Shown in pieces: positions 24,657-37,336 of a DNA stretch of 51,130 nucleotides. The first letter of the stretch is position 1. Each line of letters begins with the position of its first letter. The notes under the pieces were generated by a model. The model worked only from the letters and a program-made list of their open reading frames with translations, was not told where the DNA came from and searched no databases. The stretch covers positions 68,725 to 119,854 of the forward strand of contig MQRK01223292.1 of the NCBI GenBank assembly GCA_001938485.1, written 5' to 3'. This DNA is from Girardia tigrina (lineage: Eukaryota). The translations under genes were made by a program, and so were the position numbers.

Positions 24657-24754
24657 ATAATGTTGTTCGACATAAATCACTGTATTTTTTGTAATTCGTA
24701 ATACTTGTTGCGAAGTTTCTCGAACAAGCACATCCGATAAAATCGTTCTTATAT
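24657..24754 (-). CDS. Cys-rich exon of the host gene
   Basis: TTTTTGCAG acceptor and GTAAAT donor; 98 nt, phase 2 to 1: YKNDFIGCACSRNFATSITNYKKYSDLCRTTL; joins the next exon in frame across a 47-nt intron (24610-24656). Confidence 0.75.
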
Positions 24755-25211
24755 CTGCAAAAATAACAAAAAAATCAGCATTACTCCAAATGATGCGATA
24801 TATAATTATATTTTTGGCATAAAACTCTCTGTTGTAATGATCATTGTTTTCTTTATAGTGCTTCAATTGAAAAATAGATAATTTTATTTAAAATTTATTT
24901 TTTACTATTGATTCCTTTCAAAAATTTCTGTTGTTTAATAATAGTTTTAGATTTAAGTAAAAATTTTAATTTCTTACTGACGTTTATGTTTCCAACATTA
25001 TTAAAGCGGTTTATCAGGTTTTATGTTATTGTCCTGAAGTGTCTTCATGATTGAGGATGTAAAAATGACATCTAACGTATAGAATAGTTAATTTTAAATC
25101 TGCTGCATCAATAATATACTGTAAGAATGGAAGTTAATGACCAAATGACATGTCTCCTTAAAAACAAAAACATCTACCGTGAATAAATGCCATTTGTGAT
25201 AATTTATTGTT

Positions 25212-25264
25212 TTAGTTAGGGGCTAGGTTTAGAGTTGGGTTAAAGTTAGAGTAAGGGTTAGGGT
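25212..25264 (+). repeat. Degenerate (TTAGGG)n-like tract
   Basis: TTAGTTAGGGGCTAGGTTTAGAGTTGGGTTAAAGTTAGAGTAAGGGTTAGGG, about 8 imperfect hexamers. Confidence 0.6.
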
Positions 25265-25889
25265 CGAAAAAACTAAAATACTGTTATTCATTTTGCTTTT
25301 AAAAAGTTTTTTGTGTTATCCTTAATTAATTTTTATTTACCTTGATTTCTAATAAAATTAAATCTTTGTTTTAGTTTTATTTTAAATATTTTACAATCAA
25401 TTAAATTTTTCTGAAGGAAATTATGATTTAACAATTTTGACACAATAGACAAGATAAATAAGGAACAGAAAGAAATCATAAAACTTCAGATATATATCTT
25501 TTTGGTGTTTAGAAATCAATATCTAGTATTAATTTACTACTGAATTAGATGTTTGTTAGAAACATCCTTTTCTTGACATACCAGTAATAAGTACGTACTA
25601 CCCTAGTCCTACAGTCACCGGATTATGAAATATATAAATGAGTATAAAATATAAAGCAATTACACGATTTGTATTAAATAAATATTCATGTGTAATTTCA
25701 ATCTACTTAAATAATAATTCAACAATAAAAACTTGAAATATCTAAATATAAATTTATATATATAATTTTTATTTAAAAATTAAAATATAAATTTATTTCG
25801 ATCTGAAAACAAATTGTTTTGGTTCAAAAATCACCGGCCAGATTCAATAAAACCTTTTAAAATGATAATAATTCTTAAATCATAAAGGA

Positions 25890-25932
<43 letters not shown>

Positions 25933-26029
25933 TGAACAGTAATATTAATTTTGTTTGAATGTAACACTTATCATGATTTATAGTAGTTCCAAATCGTAAA
26001 ATTGCTAGAAGAGAATTACATTTTTTTAA

Positions 26030-27570
26030 CAGGATGGAACCAGTTATCAAACTTCCAAATCAAGCAAGTTTTTTGTTCCAAAATAATAACATCTCTGTTC
26101 TAGATTTGCCTTTATCAAGTCAAGATTTAATTTTTTTTGAAAATTTGTACGCTATTATTAGGTCAAAATTACAAGTAAATCGACGAAAATCTAAGGACAA
26201 GTTGATTGAAAGATTATTAACATATGTACCAGCATAAATCGTCAAACTTAATTTAATCTTATAGCTTCTATGAAGAAACGTATAAAAGCCGTCATTGAAG
26301 CAAAATGAGATGTTATATTAGGGTGAGTCATAAGTTGTGGGGCACTCTTTCCAAAGTAATTATCTTTAATTACAACATGAATTGTCGAATCGATATTAAT
26401 TGAATTTGTATATCGTAATAAAGCTCATAAACTGAAGTTTCAGTATTTGTAAGAAAATCATGATTTTATGTTCATTCTAATTTTTTAAACATTTTAGAAA
26501 ATTATGGAAAAATTTGAAATTAGAGTACTTTTGAAATTTTTCTGGGAAAAAGGTCTCAGTTCAAGGGCTGCCGTAAAGGAAATTTCCCAAGTTGAAGGGA
26601 AAAAAACCAAATCTTCGGCAGCAAGATGGTTTAAAAAATTTAACGAAGGTGACATAAGCCTCGAGGATCAAGAACGACCGGGACGACCGCCAACACTGGA
26701 TTCTAAAGTTCTACGAGAAGCTGTTGAAAGAAATCCATCAACCAGCACTAGAAGATTGTCGACCAAGCTCGGTTCATCACAATCTACCATTATCCGACAG
26801 CTTCACAAGCTTGGAAAAGTAAACAAACGTTGCCGTGAAGTGCCCCACGAATTGTCTTTTGCGCAGGCTCAGCACCGTATCNNNNNNNNNNNNNNNNNNN
26901 NNNNNNNNNNNNNNNNNNNNNNNNNNNNNNNNNNNNNNNNNNNNNNNNNNNNNNNNNNNNNNNNNNNNNNNNNNNNNNNNNNNNNNNNNNNNNNNNNNNN
27001 NNNNNNNNNNNNNNNNNNNNNNNNNNNNNNNNNNNNNNNNNNNNNNNNNNNNNNNNNNNNNNNNNNNNNNNNNNNNNNNNNNNNNNNNNNNNNNNNNNNN
27101 NNNNNNNNNNNNNNNNNNNNNNNNNNNNNNNNNNNNNNNNNNNNNNNNNNNNNNNNNNNNNNNNNNNNNNNNNNNNNNNNNNNNNNNNNNNNNNNNNNNN
27201 NNNNNNNNNNNNNNNNNNNNNNNNNNNNNNNNNNNNNNNNNNNNNNNNNNNNNNNNNNNNNNNNNNNNNNNNNNNNNNNNNNNNNNNNNNNNNNNNNNNN
27301 NNNNNNNNNNNNNNNNNNNNNNNNNNNNNNNNNNNNNNNNNNNNNNNNNNNNNNNNNNNNNNNNNNNNNNNACAACTTGCAGAACGTTGGGTACAATGTA
27401 TTGAACATAATGGACTTTATTTCGAATCATAATCTTTATTGTGCGTTGTTTTATGAACATTTTAATTTTTAATAAAAAGTGCCCCACAACATATGGCTCA
27501 CCCTAATACCGTAATAAATGCTGTTAACAAAAATTATATAAGCGGTCTGGAGACTTTTGAATCAATACAG
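26030..27570 (+). mobile_element. Tc1 3' remnant interrupted by a mariner insertion
   Basis: 'VLDLPLSSQDLIFFENLY' and 'SMKKRIKAVIEAK' precede the insertion; a TIR-like GGTCTGGAGACTTTTGAATCAATACAG follows it. Confidence 0.65.
26318..27506 (+). mobile_element. Mariner element with intact N-terminal ORF; the rest is in an N gap
   Basis: TIRs TTAGGGTGAGTCATAAGTTGTGGGGCACT / AGTGCCCCACAACATATGGCTCACCCTAA flanked by TA; ORF from 26504 MEKFEIRVLLKF...RWFKKF...RPGRP...EVPHELS. Confidence 0.92.
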
Positions 27571-29779
27571 ATTGAAAAACTCTTTAATTATTTAGAGATT
27601 TCAAGATTTCTTTGTAACATTAATGTTAAACTCGGTTGATATTATGTTGAAAATTTTATTCTATACAAATCGTCTAGTGATTTTTCGGCTATGGTAGTAG
27701 GAGATACGATACGAAACTAAATTAAATAAAATACAGAGAAAATAAGACAAAATGTATATTTCAAAGAATTTTGAAATTGTGTTCTTATTTTGAAATCACA
27801 AATCAAAGTTTGATTATTTTTAAGGAATGTTTTAAGAACAATTTCTACAGCTGGATAACTCTGGATACATTATGTTTACAGATGAGCTTGAAGATCGATA
27901 TTAAAGAAGAAACAACCAAGGAGTACAAAGAATAATTGAAATATCATATTTTAAAGTGTTTAAAAACTTTACAAGAAGTCGGACTTCTCAAAATCTGCAT
28001 AATTCTTCAATTTATTTATAAAGAAGCTTTGCCTGTCGGATATCATTGAAACAATCTGGACACTAGTGACATTTCTATAAATTCCCATGTTAGGAACCTA
28101 ACCCTTACTCAGCTATCCGTCCCATTCGGGGAAGGCTTATATTACAGAAATATAGGATTGTGCCAATCGTTTTTTTCCAAAAATAAGTTTAAATATATTT
28201 GATGATGGAAATAAAATTTTTTTATTTTCAATTTTCATTTGGCTTTTGTAATAAACTCACAAATTACACGAAATAACATTAAACATAAATTTAAAATAAA
28301 ACATAAAAATTTTCTTTTTAAAAAAAAACGTTTATATTTTTCATATGCCATGTTTATAAAAATAAAAAACAATATATTTAAGTAGTTAAATAAAAATATG
28401 TTTTTTATAAATTATTAATATATTGTATTAAAATATATTATATTTATATTTTAATATAATAAAAATAAAATGAAAATCATTTTCAACTGTTACATATTAT
28501 TAAAAAAATCCAATTTCAATAATAATTTATTAACTTGAAAAACAAATAAATTTTAGCTGTTCTTTTATCTGCAATAAAAAATTTAATTTATTAAATTGTT
28601 TTTTTTTATGAAAAATATACTTTGAAAAAGAGTTGGATGAAAATTGAGGTTTTGAAGATTCTGGTCAGTCAATCAGAGAAATCATTGATTTTCTTTCTAA
28701 GACGTTTTTTTTGTTTTTATGAGAAATCGAAAAAAAAGAAAAGAAATTTTTTTAAGACTCTCAGTAAGAAATATAAATAAAATGAATCAAAAGAATGAAT
28801 TTTTAATTAATTTTCATCATTATTTGAATCAATTTCTACTGTTCGGTAAAACCAAACTTCTCTCTCTTTCTCGCTGATTGTTGGTATGTATAAATTATAC
28901 AATTTCCTAAATTAATACAACTACACTGACTTTATGAAAATATTATATATTTCAATTCGTATTATTGTTAATTAATTCAATTACATAATTATTTATAAAT
29001 TTTGTTAAAATATATATTAAAACAAATAACTACATTCTATGCAATAATTGTTTTTAATTCGTAAATATCTATTTCTTTTTACATCCTCATGTATGGTAAT
29101 TTTATTTGAATTATTTATCATACGAAATGAATTTGATACAGTTACAATGAAGCTTTCATTTTTACCTTTTTTCAACATGTCGAGCATTAAAACTCTTTTT
29201 GATCAACCTTTTATTAAACATTTTTTATCCTTCATTGAATTTTGTTATTTTTTTGTAAAAATATTACGATTAAATAGCATATGTAAAACTCTTATAAAAA
29301 TTTTAAAAATTATAAAAATTATAACTTTATTTATTTTATAATTTATTTATTTTAATAATAAATAAAGAAACTATTAAAAGAAAAATAATATTAAATTTTA
29401 ATTTATTGATTATTTTTTTTTATTTTTAAACATTATTTTATTTATTTCACTGAAAGATATTTATTATCGAGGCTGCTTTGCTTTCCCATTTCGGATGTTA
29501 ATTTGAATCCAACATATTTTAAAACTTAATTCATTTGTCAAAATGATGAAAACAATATACTACATAAATTACAAACTAATAGCAATATTAATACAAGTAA
29601 AATTGCCTAAAAGAAAATAATTCTGGATCCTTCATTAAATGTTAAACCAACATATATTTCAAGATCTAAACTATTCTTCCTAAAAAGGACCACGAATACG
29701 TAACTTATTTATAACAAAAGACTCCAAAGAGCAGAGGAAGAGTCAGTAAAGAAGCTAAATAAAAATAATAATAAAATTA

Positions 29780-32620
29780 TAATAAATTTCGAGAAGGGAA
29801 ATTATTTGTAGTTCTTGACAAAAACGATTATATAAAAAAATAAACGATATAATAAGAACTATTAAATTTGCCAAAGTTCAAATTAACTAGTAAATCCAAC
29901 ACAGATTTGATTTTCTTGATTTTAAAAAAATTGCCATTATTTTTTAAATTTCTTATTAAAAAGTAAATTAAGTTAACAAAATTCAATTTCAATTTTCCAT
30001 TATCAATTCATTTTACAATCGACGAGAGGTGCCAACAGAATTCGTAAAAACATTTAATGGAGAAAAATGATTAAGTAAAAAGGTTTCAAAAATAGGTTTT
30101 TTATTACATGGATATATAGAAAGCAAGTTAATATAAAGCATAGAAAAAAATGAAAATTCTTTCTCAATAAAAGATGAGTACTCCTAACTATACTACTGGA
30201 CAAAATATTTGCAATTACATTTTCGTGCATTTTTAAAAGTTTTAGGTAAATTAGTTCTTTTTTAAACTAAAGTCAACCTATTGATGTATTATAATATACA
30301 TTGACACATTTGTTTGTTTTAATAGTTTATTAGATAATAATGAATTTGTGTATTTTTGTAATGTTTTTTTGGCCACATTTTTGCACTCATTTAATTTTTT
30401 TATTAGTAATAAAAATAAAACTAAGTAACATTTATAATTACAATAATGCACCATCATTCTTTAATAATAGGCACACATTTTCTTTAAAATGTCTATATAA
30501 GTTTGATAAAATACCAAACTCTTCATCATTGATTTTATCCACTTCATGACAAATTCCAGACCATAGTGACTCTGCCATCAAATTGTGGACCATTATATAA
30601 TCTCTGCTTAATAATACTCCAGACTTTCTCTCTAGGAGATAAGTCAGGGCTATGAGCTGGCCAGGGTAATATGTCTACTTTTTCAGCAGTAAGCATCTCA
30701 ATGGTTTTCTTGCTTGTGTGCGCACGCGCGTTGTCTTGTTGGAATAAAAATGAATCTATTTCATTCTTTAACAACGGAAATATGTCGTCCTTCAACATAT
30801 CACAATTGGAATTGGAATTAATGGTGCCTTCAACTCTTCTAACAAGCAATGGTCCATCACGGCTAATGCAACCCCAAATCATTATTGAGCCACTACCAAA
30901 CGATCGTCTTGCACGCTGTGTGTTATTATCTTTGCTCCATGACATAAAGTTATCGTTGCCGTCGAGTGAAAAGCGGCACTCATCAGAAAAACAACTTTGT
31001 CAAAATCGACATTTTCAATAATCCATGACCGCACTATTTCTACTCTTTTGGCCTTCTGATTGTCTGACAATTGTATCCTTTGACATCTCCTACGATAACT
31101 CAATCCCATTGAACACATACGCCTTCGTATTGTGCGGGTGGACACATTGTTGGACAATATATTGCCAATTGCCACTGATGTCACTTTTTTATGACCCTTT
31201 TCTACAGACACTATAGCTTTTTTAATTTCATTGTTTATTTTATATTTCTTTGAGGTTGAATTCCTTGGAGGATTAAAACCTCTTGCACCACTTGCGACAC
31301 TATAAATCGTCCTCAGGCTAACATTTAGGGTCTCAGCTATGACCTTTTTGGAGGAAATAAATAAATCCTTAATAATAAATAATAAATCCTTTCAATAAAT
31401 AATTTTTAATTATTTCAATTTTTTCAACGCTTAGCGTCATTCTAAATATCTAAAAATAATATATCTATCAAAATAACATTAAATAATTAATTACAAAACA
31501 TTAAAATATAGTAATGCAAAAATGTGGCCAAAAAAACATTACAAAAATACGCAAATTCATTATTATTTATTGAACTATTAAAACAAACAAATGTGTCAAT
31601 ATATATTATAATACATCAATAGGTTGACTTTAGTTTAAAAAAGAATTAGTTTACCTAAAACTTTTAAAAATGCACGAAAATGTAATTGCAAATATTTTAT
31701 CCAGTAGTATATTTATAACAACGTCTCTTTATCAAAAATATCTTTAATAAACAGGTTACCAAAATCATCCAATGTCAAGATACTCAACCAGCAAGACTGC
31801 ATGGTTTACCAAAACTACAAAAAGTTTCTTATCTACATCGACCAGTGCTTCTATTATTAATACAATTCAATATAAAGTCCTCAAACATGAAAATGTTTTA
31901 TTGAAATCTCTTATTTTAAACCTTATGGAAGTAAGGAATAGTTTTAATTTCAGATTTTGTTTTGAATCGCGTTCCATTGTCAAATACTGAATGTATGGCA
32001 CCTTTCGATGTAAAAAAAATATTTACAAATGAACCCAATGATAAAATTATTCTATTGAATGTAGATTTAAGAAAAAGCGAATCCAAAAATCCAGCAAACA
32101 TAAGCATCCATAAGCATTTTAACTACTTATTTTTAAATAGTACATTCACAAAAATGATCAAGCTTTAGGTTAACGACTCGCTCCAACATTAACTTCAATT
32201 TTCCTGCAGTTCATTGCAAGTCACATTGATACATATACTGGTGAAAGACCTGATGTGTATAAAATATATATGGTTGATACGTTCTTTGTTTTCGAAGACA
32301 TAGTACACATAAAATCATTTCTGAACTTCACAAACTCCATTTATTATAATATGAACTATACTACAGAATCAGAAATTTGAAATATTCTCCCTCTTTGGAT
32401 GATTTTGATAAAAGATTGAATAGTAAATATGGAAAAGATTATACAAAATGCACCAGACACATAGGTATAAAGAAAAATGTTTATTCATAGAATATGTATT
32501 TTTCCTTCAGTCTTTGTATTTGCAAGTGAGGGACTTAACATTCTCAGGAAATGTTTGAATAATAATGTGTACCAAAATAAACTAATAGAAAACAATTATC
32601 AAATTAATGCTTGATAAAAT
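29780..32620 (+). mobile_element. Degenerate Penelope-like RT split by a Tc1 insertion
   Basis: Ordered PLE RT motifs: VLDKNDYIKK before the insert; PARLHGLPKLQK...RPVL, FDVKKIFTNEP, YMVDTF (YVDD-like), MNYTTESE and LNNNVY after it. Confidence 0.8.
30191..31709 (-). mobile_element. Tc1/Tc3-like DD34E element with TIRs of about 195 bp
   Basis: 30191 to about 30385 mirrors about 31514-31709, flanked by TA. Motifs FSDECRFSLDG, GSGSIMIWG and FQQDNARAH...SPDLSPRE (34-residue spacing); frameshifted. Confidence 0.95.
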
Positions 32621-34625
32621 CCACTCTAATCTCAGCAAGAGGAAGAATGGAGGGAAAAACGTTGAAATTATAAATAATAGTTATTATAGCGTAATTTTTT
32701 CACTATAATTAAATAATAGGAATGAAAACGAAGTAGTGCGATTTAATCGTGAAATTAATTATTAAAAAAAATTAACAAGACCAAAATCAAATAGGCAATA
32801 AATTTTAAATCAATACACAAAAAATATAACCTCTGTCACACAATTTGGGATGCAAAAAATGCAAAAAATCACTTACAATAAGGATCAATTCTACACGTCA
32901 TTTTTTCCAAATTCGTAATCGTCTCACCGAGACAGGCAATTTGTGCCAAACAAATTTGTAGATTTAAAATTCCTTATTAATTTCAGTAAAATTGTTAGTG
33001 ATTGTCTGTGTTCTATCGCGCAAATCGCGAACCTTCTGCAAAAATAAATTATCGGCCAACAAGTTCTCATATTTACAATGGCTCGTGAACTGATACAATT
33101 CGCAATTTTTTCCATCACTACTTCCCTTATCTATTCAAAAATAAGAAACTGCAATTTTTAATTGACTTAAATAAAATTGGGACACTCAGCAAACTCGAAT
33201 TAGAGTTCAAAATTCTCCAAAATATCCAAAAATGCATTCAGCCGAAAATCTCCCTCAAAGCACAGTATTTGACCCACTTTCATGAACACAACACAGCAGA
33301 CAACCAAAAAAAATTTAAACAATTAGCATTCATAACCGAAAACAATCACACCACAATATATTTATCAACTTTAATATATTATACTTATAAATAAATAAAT
33401 AATCAGAAAATTTAGGAAAACCATTTATAAAAAAATATTGATAATGTTAAAAAGTGTTTATAAAGTAGGAAAAAATTGAACTGAAATCCAAAACTGGTGA
33501 TTTTTTGAAAGTTAAAATCGTGTATAAATTTAATTGTAATAAATGTAAAAATTTATTTATTTTTCTTTTAATGATAAAAATTATCATCTTAAAACACGGA
33601 TTAGTGAATACTCACAGTTGAGTAGATTAAAGTTGAACAACAAAAATATAAAAAGTAGGACTACATTAAGTGTAGTTGTTGGGATGAGTATGAATAAATA
33701 ATATTATATTATATATTTGTCAGTAATCAACGTACATACAAATTCAATTAAGATGAACAAAACTTGTTTCATATTTGAATCAGAAAATGGTTAAATCTAA
33801 CAATTATTAATAGAAAAACGAAACTTTAAACATTATAAAAGACAATATTAAGAATGATACTTATTCTTTTAGACATTTCTTAACTTCATCAAATATTTAT
33901 TTTAATATTAGTTTTATATTATTATTTTTTATTAATAAAGAGCCATTAGTCTTCTTATTAGTTCATAATATTTTCGCAGAAAAAAACCCATTAACTTAAA
34001 TTTTACTTTTAATGATATAAAATATACAAAATAAAGTAAATACATAAAAAATAACATAAACATTATAAAATTAAATAATTAATATTATGATAATTTTTAA
34101 AATATTTTAATACTCGTAAAATAATTTATTTAAAATCATTTAATGGTAGATTTATGATAATTTACACTCATCAGTAGTATTATATCCGAACCAAATGATT
34201 CTATATAAAATGCATGAAGATAAATAAATTTGTATATGTACATAGAAAATATATAAAAGAAAATATTTAATAACAAAACATGTTTCGCTAATTTCATCGA
34301 CAATTTTGAATAAGTTTCAGAATATATTATAGAGAACATTGATAATTAAGTCATTTATATTATTTTTTTAAAAAAACCATGTAAATGACTCACACATGAT
34401 TAATCCAAAATGGCGATAGATTTTTTTGTTATTATATAAAATTGCTTCTTTTATTTTCTAGTCTTATTAATAAACATTAATTAAACCTAAATAATAAATA
34501 TATTTATACATGCTATGTAGAATTTAATTTTAAAAATTATCCTAAAAATCCCTAATTCACGAATTCCGAAATTATACAAATAAAAAATTTTGTAAATATA
34601 AATATTTGTTCAAAACTTTTTTTAA

Positions 34626-34680
34626 AAAATTCTATTTTAGATTCTTTTCGATCACAATTGTGATCATCTTCAGCAATTTT
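34626..34680 (-). ncRNA. Hammerhead ribozyme core, degenerate on the 3' side
   Basis: Minus strand reads AAAATTG-CTGAAGA-T-GATCAC-AATT-GTGATC-GAAA with a perfect 6-bp stem II; stem III and the cleavage site are not well formed. Confidence 0.55.
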
Positions 34681-34948
34681 ATTTGTGTTGTAATTTATTT
34701 TTAATTTTATAATTTTTTATTTTAATAATTCATTTAATTTTTATAATATAAAACTATTTTTGAGAAAAATTTATATAAAAATTTAATTTTATTTGTTAAT
34801 ATTTTATTTATTGTATTTATACTTATTTAATATTACATTTAAAAAAATGCTTTCACACAATTATTCTAATACATATATATATATATATATATATATATNN
34901 NNNNNNNNNNNNNNNNNNNNNNNNNNNNNNNNNNNNNNNNNNNNNNNN

Positions 34949-34989
<41 letters not shown>

Positions 34990-35442
34990 TACATAAACAT
35001 AAATATAATATATATGTATATATGTTTGATTCATCTTTAAAACTTTCAAAATACATTAGAAATAGGCTAAACGTTTTATTACTTTTCAAATCAGTTTTAA
35101 CCAAAAATTATTTTAAAAAAAAGGAAAAGATCATTATTTATGAATCCCTATATAATTCACTATTTAATTTCAAGTAAGATACTGATCGAGATATTTGGAG
35201 ATCAAGTGATACCGTCCTAATATTCGAACGAGGCTGATTTTATTACTTGTCAAATTCTGAATTAGAATTTTAACTTTGCTACACCAAAATGAAACACTGT
35301 ATTGACGGATCATTATTTTAAAATGATATTGAATCATTTCCTATTTAACATTAAATATAATTATTTTCCTAGGAATTATAATCGAGATTTATTATTTTTC
35401 CAAGTCAATTGACATTGGTACTTGATTATTATATTTATTTGC

Positions 35443-35478
<36 letters not shown>

Positions 35479-35546
35479 NNNNNNNNNNNNNNNNNNNNNN
35501 NNNNNNNNNNNNNNNNNNNTAAATATTAAAAAGTTTTAATATGATT

Positions 35547-35597
35547 ACATTGAACATTTAAGCATGGTTTTAAAAGCATTATTAATAATGCCTTATA
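35547..35597 (-). mobile_element. PLE 3'-tail fragment closely related to 12985-13030
   Basis: TTGAACATTTAAGCATGGTTTTAAA...ATTAATAATGCCT is shared; encodes KPCLNVQ. Confidence 0.7.
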
Positions 35598-37336
35598 TAG
35601 AAATGTAATGTTTAGAAAATAATACTTTACAAAAAATGTTTTATGTTTTATCATTTTAAATTATATCATTTTAACTAATGTTATTTTATGTCAAATGTAT
35701 GATGAAATGTTCAACCTTACACCATTTCATTATACCATTGCACAATTTTTGTTGGACTGGCTTCAAATATATTTCAATTTAGTCTTATCAATAATGAAAA
35801 AAAACTTATAAAATTTTATATGATTCTTCATGTTCCACATTTATATTTTATAAATAAACATTCTTAGTTAGGAATATGTTGCTTTTCAAGAATGATTTTT
35901 GTAGTAAGAATTTTCTGTTTAACTTCATATTGAAAGATTTTTAGATTTGGAATAATTCGATTTATTGTAAAATTTTAATTTAACGGTACTCTTTTTTGAT
36001 TAGCAATTACCAAAACTGGTGCTATCGGTATTTTGGGAAAAATAAATTTTGGTAATACGATTATCAAGACCACATATATGATTTCTAATACGTTTATTGG
36101 CATAATAACTCAAATTATTTCTAGGGCAATTCTCCCCAAAACATTCGTGGTAAGACATCGTTTTTAATTAATAAATTAAAATTATATTTTTCTAATTATT
36201 CAAAGAAATTTAAATTACAACTTATTAAATATTTGGAAATTTTTTTCAAAAATATTTTACTTCATTTTAGATACATTATTTATGATTATCAGTCTTCACG
36301 ATTCAATATACCATTAAAATATTTTAATTAAAATATAAAACCCGACAAGACCCCTTTTAATTATTAAAATTTCATTATCATCCTAGTTTTTGCATTAAAA
36401 TTTAAGAGGGTGTCTTAAAGGCCAAACTTTACGGTAAATATTTTGATTAAAATTAATTAATTTAATTTTAAAGTTGTTATCTACATTTCCAAATTGTCCA
36501 AAATATCATTCTTCCGTCTGCTGGGAGAAACATAATCCTAAAAACAACATAACGGCACCGATATTATGGAGCTTGAAAACCGATATTAAAAATTAGGAAT
36601 TGAAAATTATTATCTAAATACAAATAATAATAAATGTCACGGGTTTGTGAAAGCAACTTTATATTAATATTTTATATTTTCATTAATATTTATAAATAAT
36701 TATGCATCTAATTTCGGGTTATACTTTAATAATTTATTTTTTTAAATCCAAATTTTGTCGTCTGGAATATTAATCTTTAACCAAGCATTATATTTCCAAA
36801 AAATTTTAACTAGATATCATCATTAAAAAAGCTAATTATAAGAAGAGATTATTATGGTTGCTTTTTAATAATATAAAAAAAATTTGAAATATAGAAATAA
36901 TATTTGATATTTTAGAATATAACTATCCTTCAATTAACGTAACCAGTAAAGTTGGTTCATTATTGTTGAATTACTTAAAATGATTCAAATATATTTGGGG
37001 TACATCAGTTTTTCTATGACTATGGAATTCAGTTTGCAGTATGTTCTGTAAAAAAGAATTTTATTTTGAGAGAGATGAACAATTATAATCTGTTTGTTCA
37101 AATAAAGATTGATCATCAGTTGAAACAGTTGATTGTTTCAGTAAATGATGAAACAGAGAATAAGGCAGAGAACAATCTTAACAAAAAATATTTTAGAATT
37201 GGTGGAACGTTTATATCCACTGAAAAACAATTTGTACTGCTGATGATTTACAATTTTGAATTATTGTTTCTAGATTAGAAACAGTAAAGCAATATGAAGC
37301 ACAAAATTTATCCATGAAGGAAAAATTGCATATGTA

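Noticed and set aside
25022-25072. Plus-strand hammerhead-like hairpin (CTGAAG-TGTCTTCA-TGAT-TGAGGAT-GTAAA)
   Set aside because: Both core boxes are broken.
35110-35320. Further 18S 3'-end copies (GGAAAAGATCATTA, GGATCATTA)
   Set aside because: Matches of 9-12 nt are expected by chance in AT-rich DNA, and helix 45 is absent.
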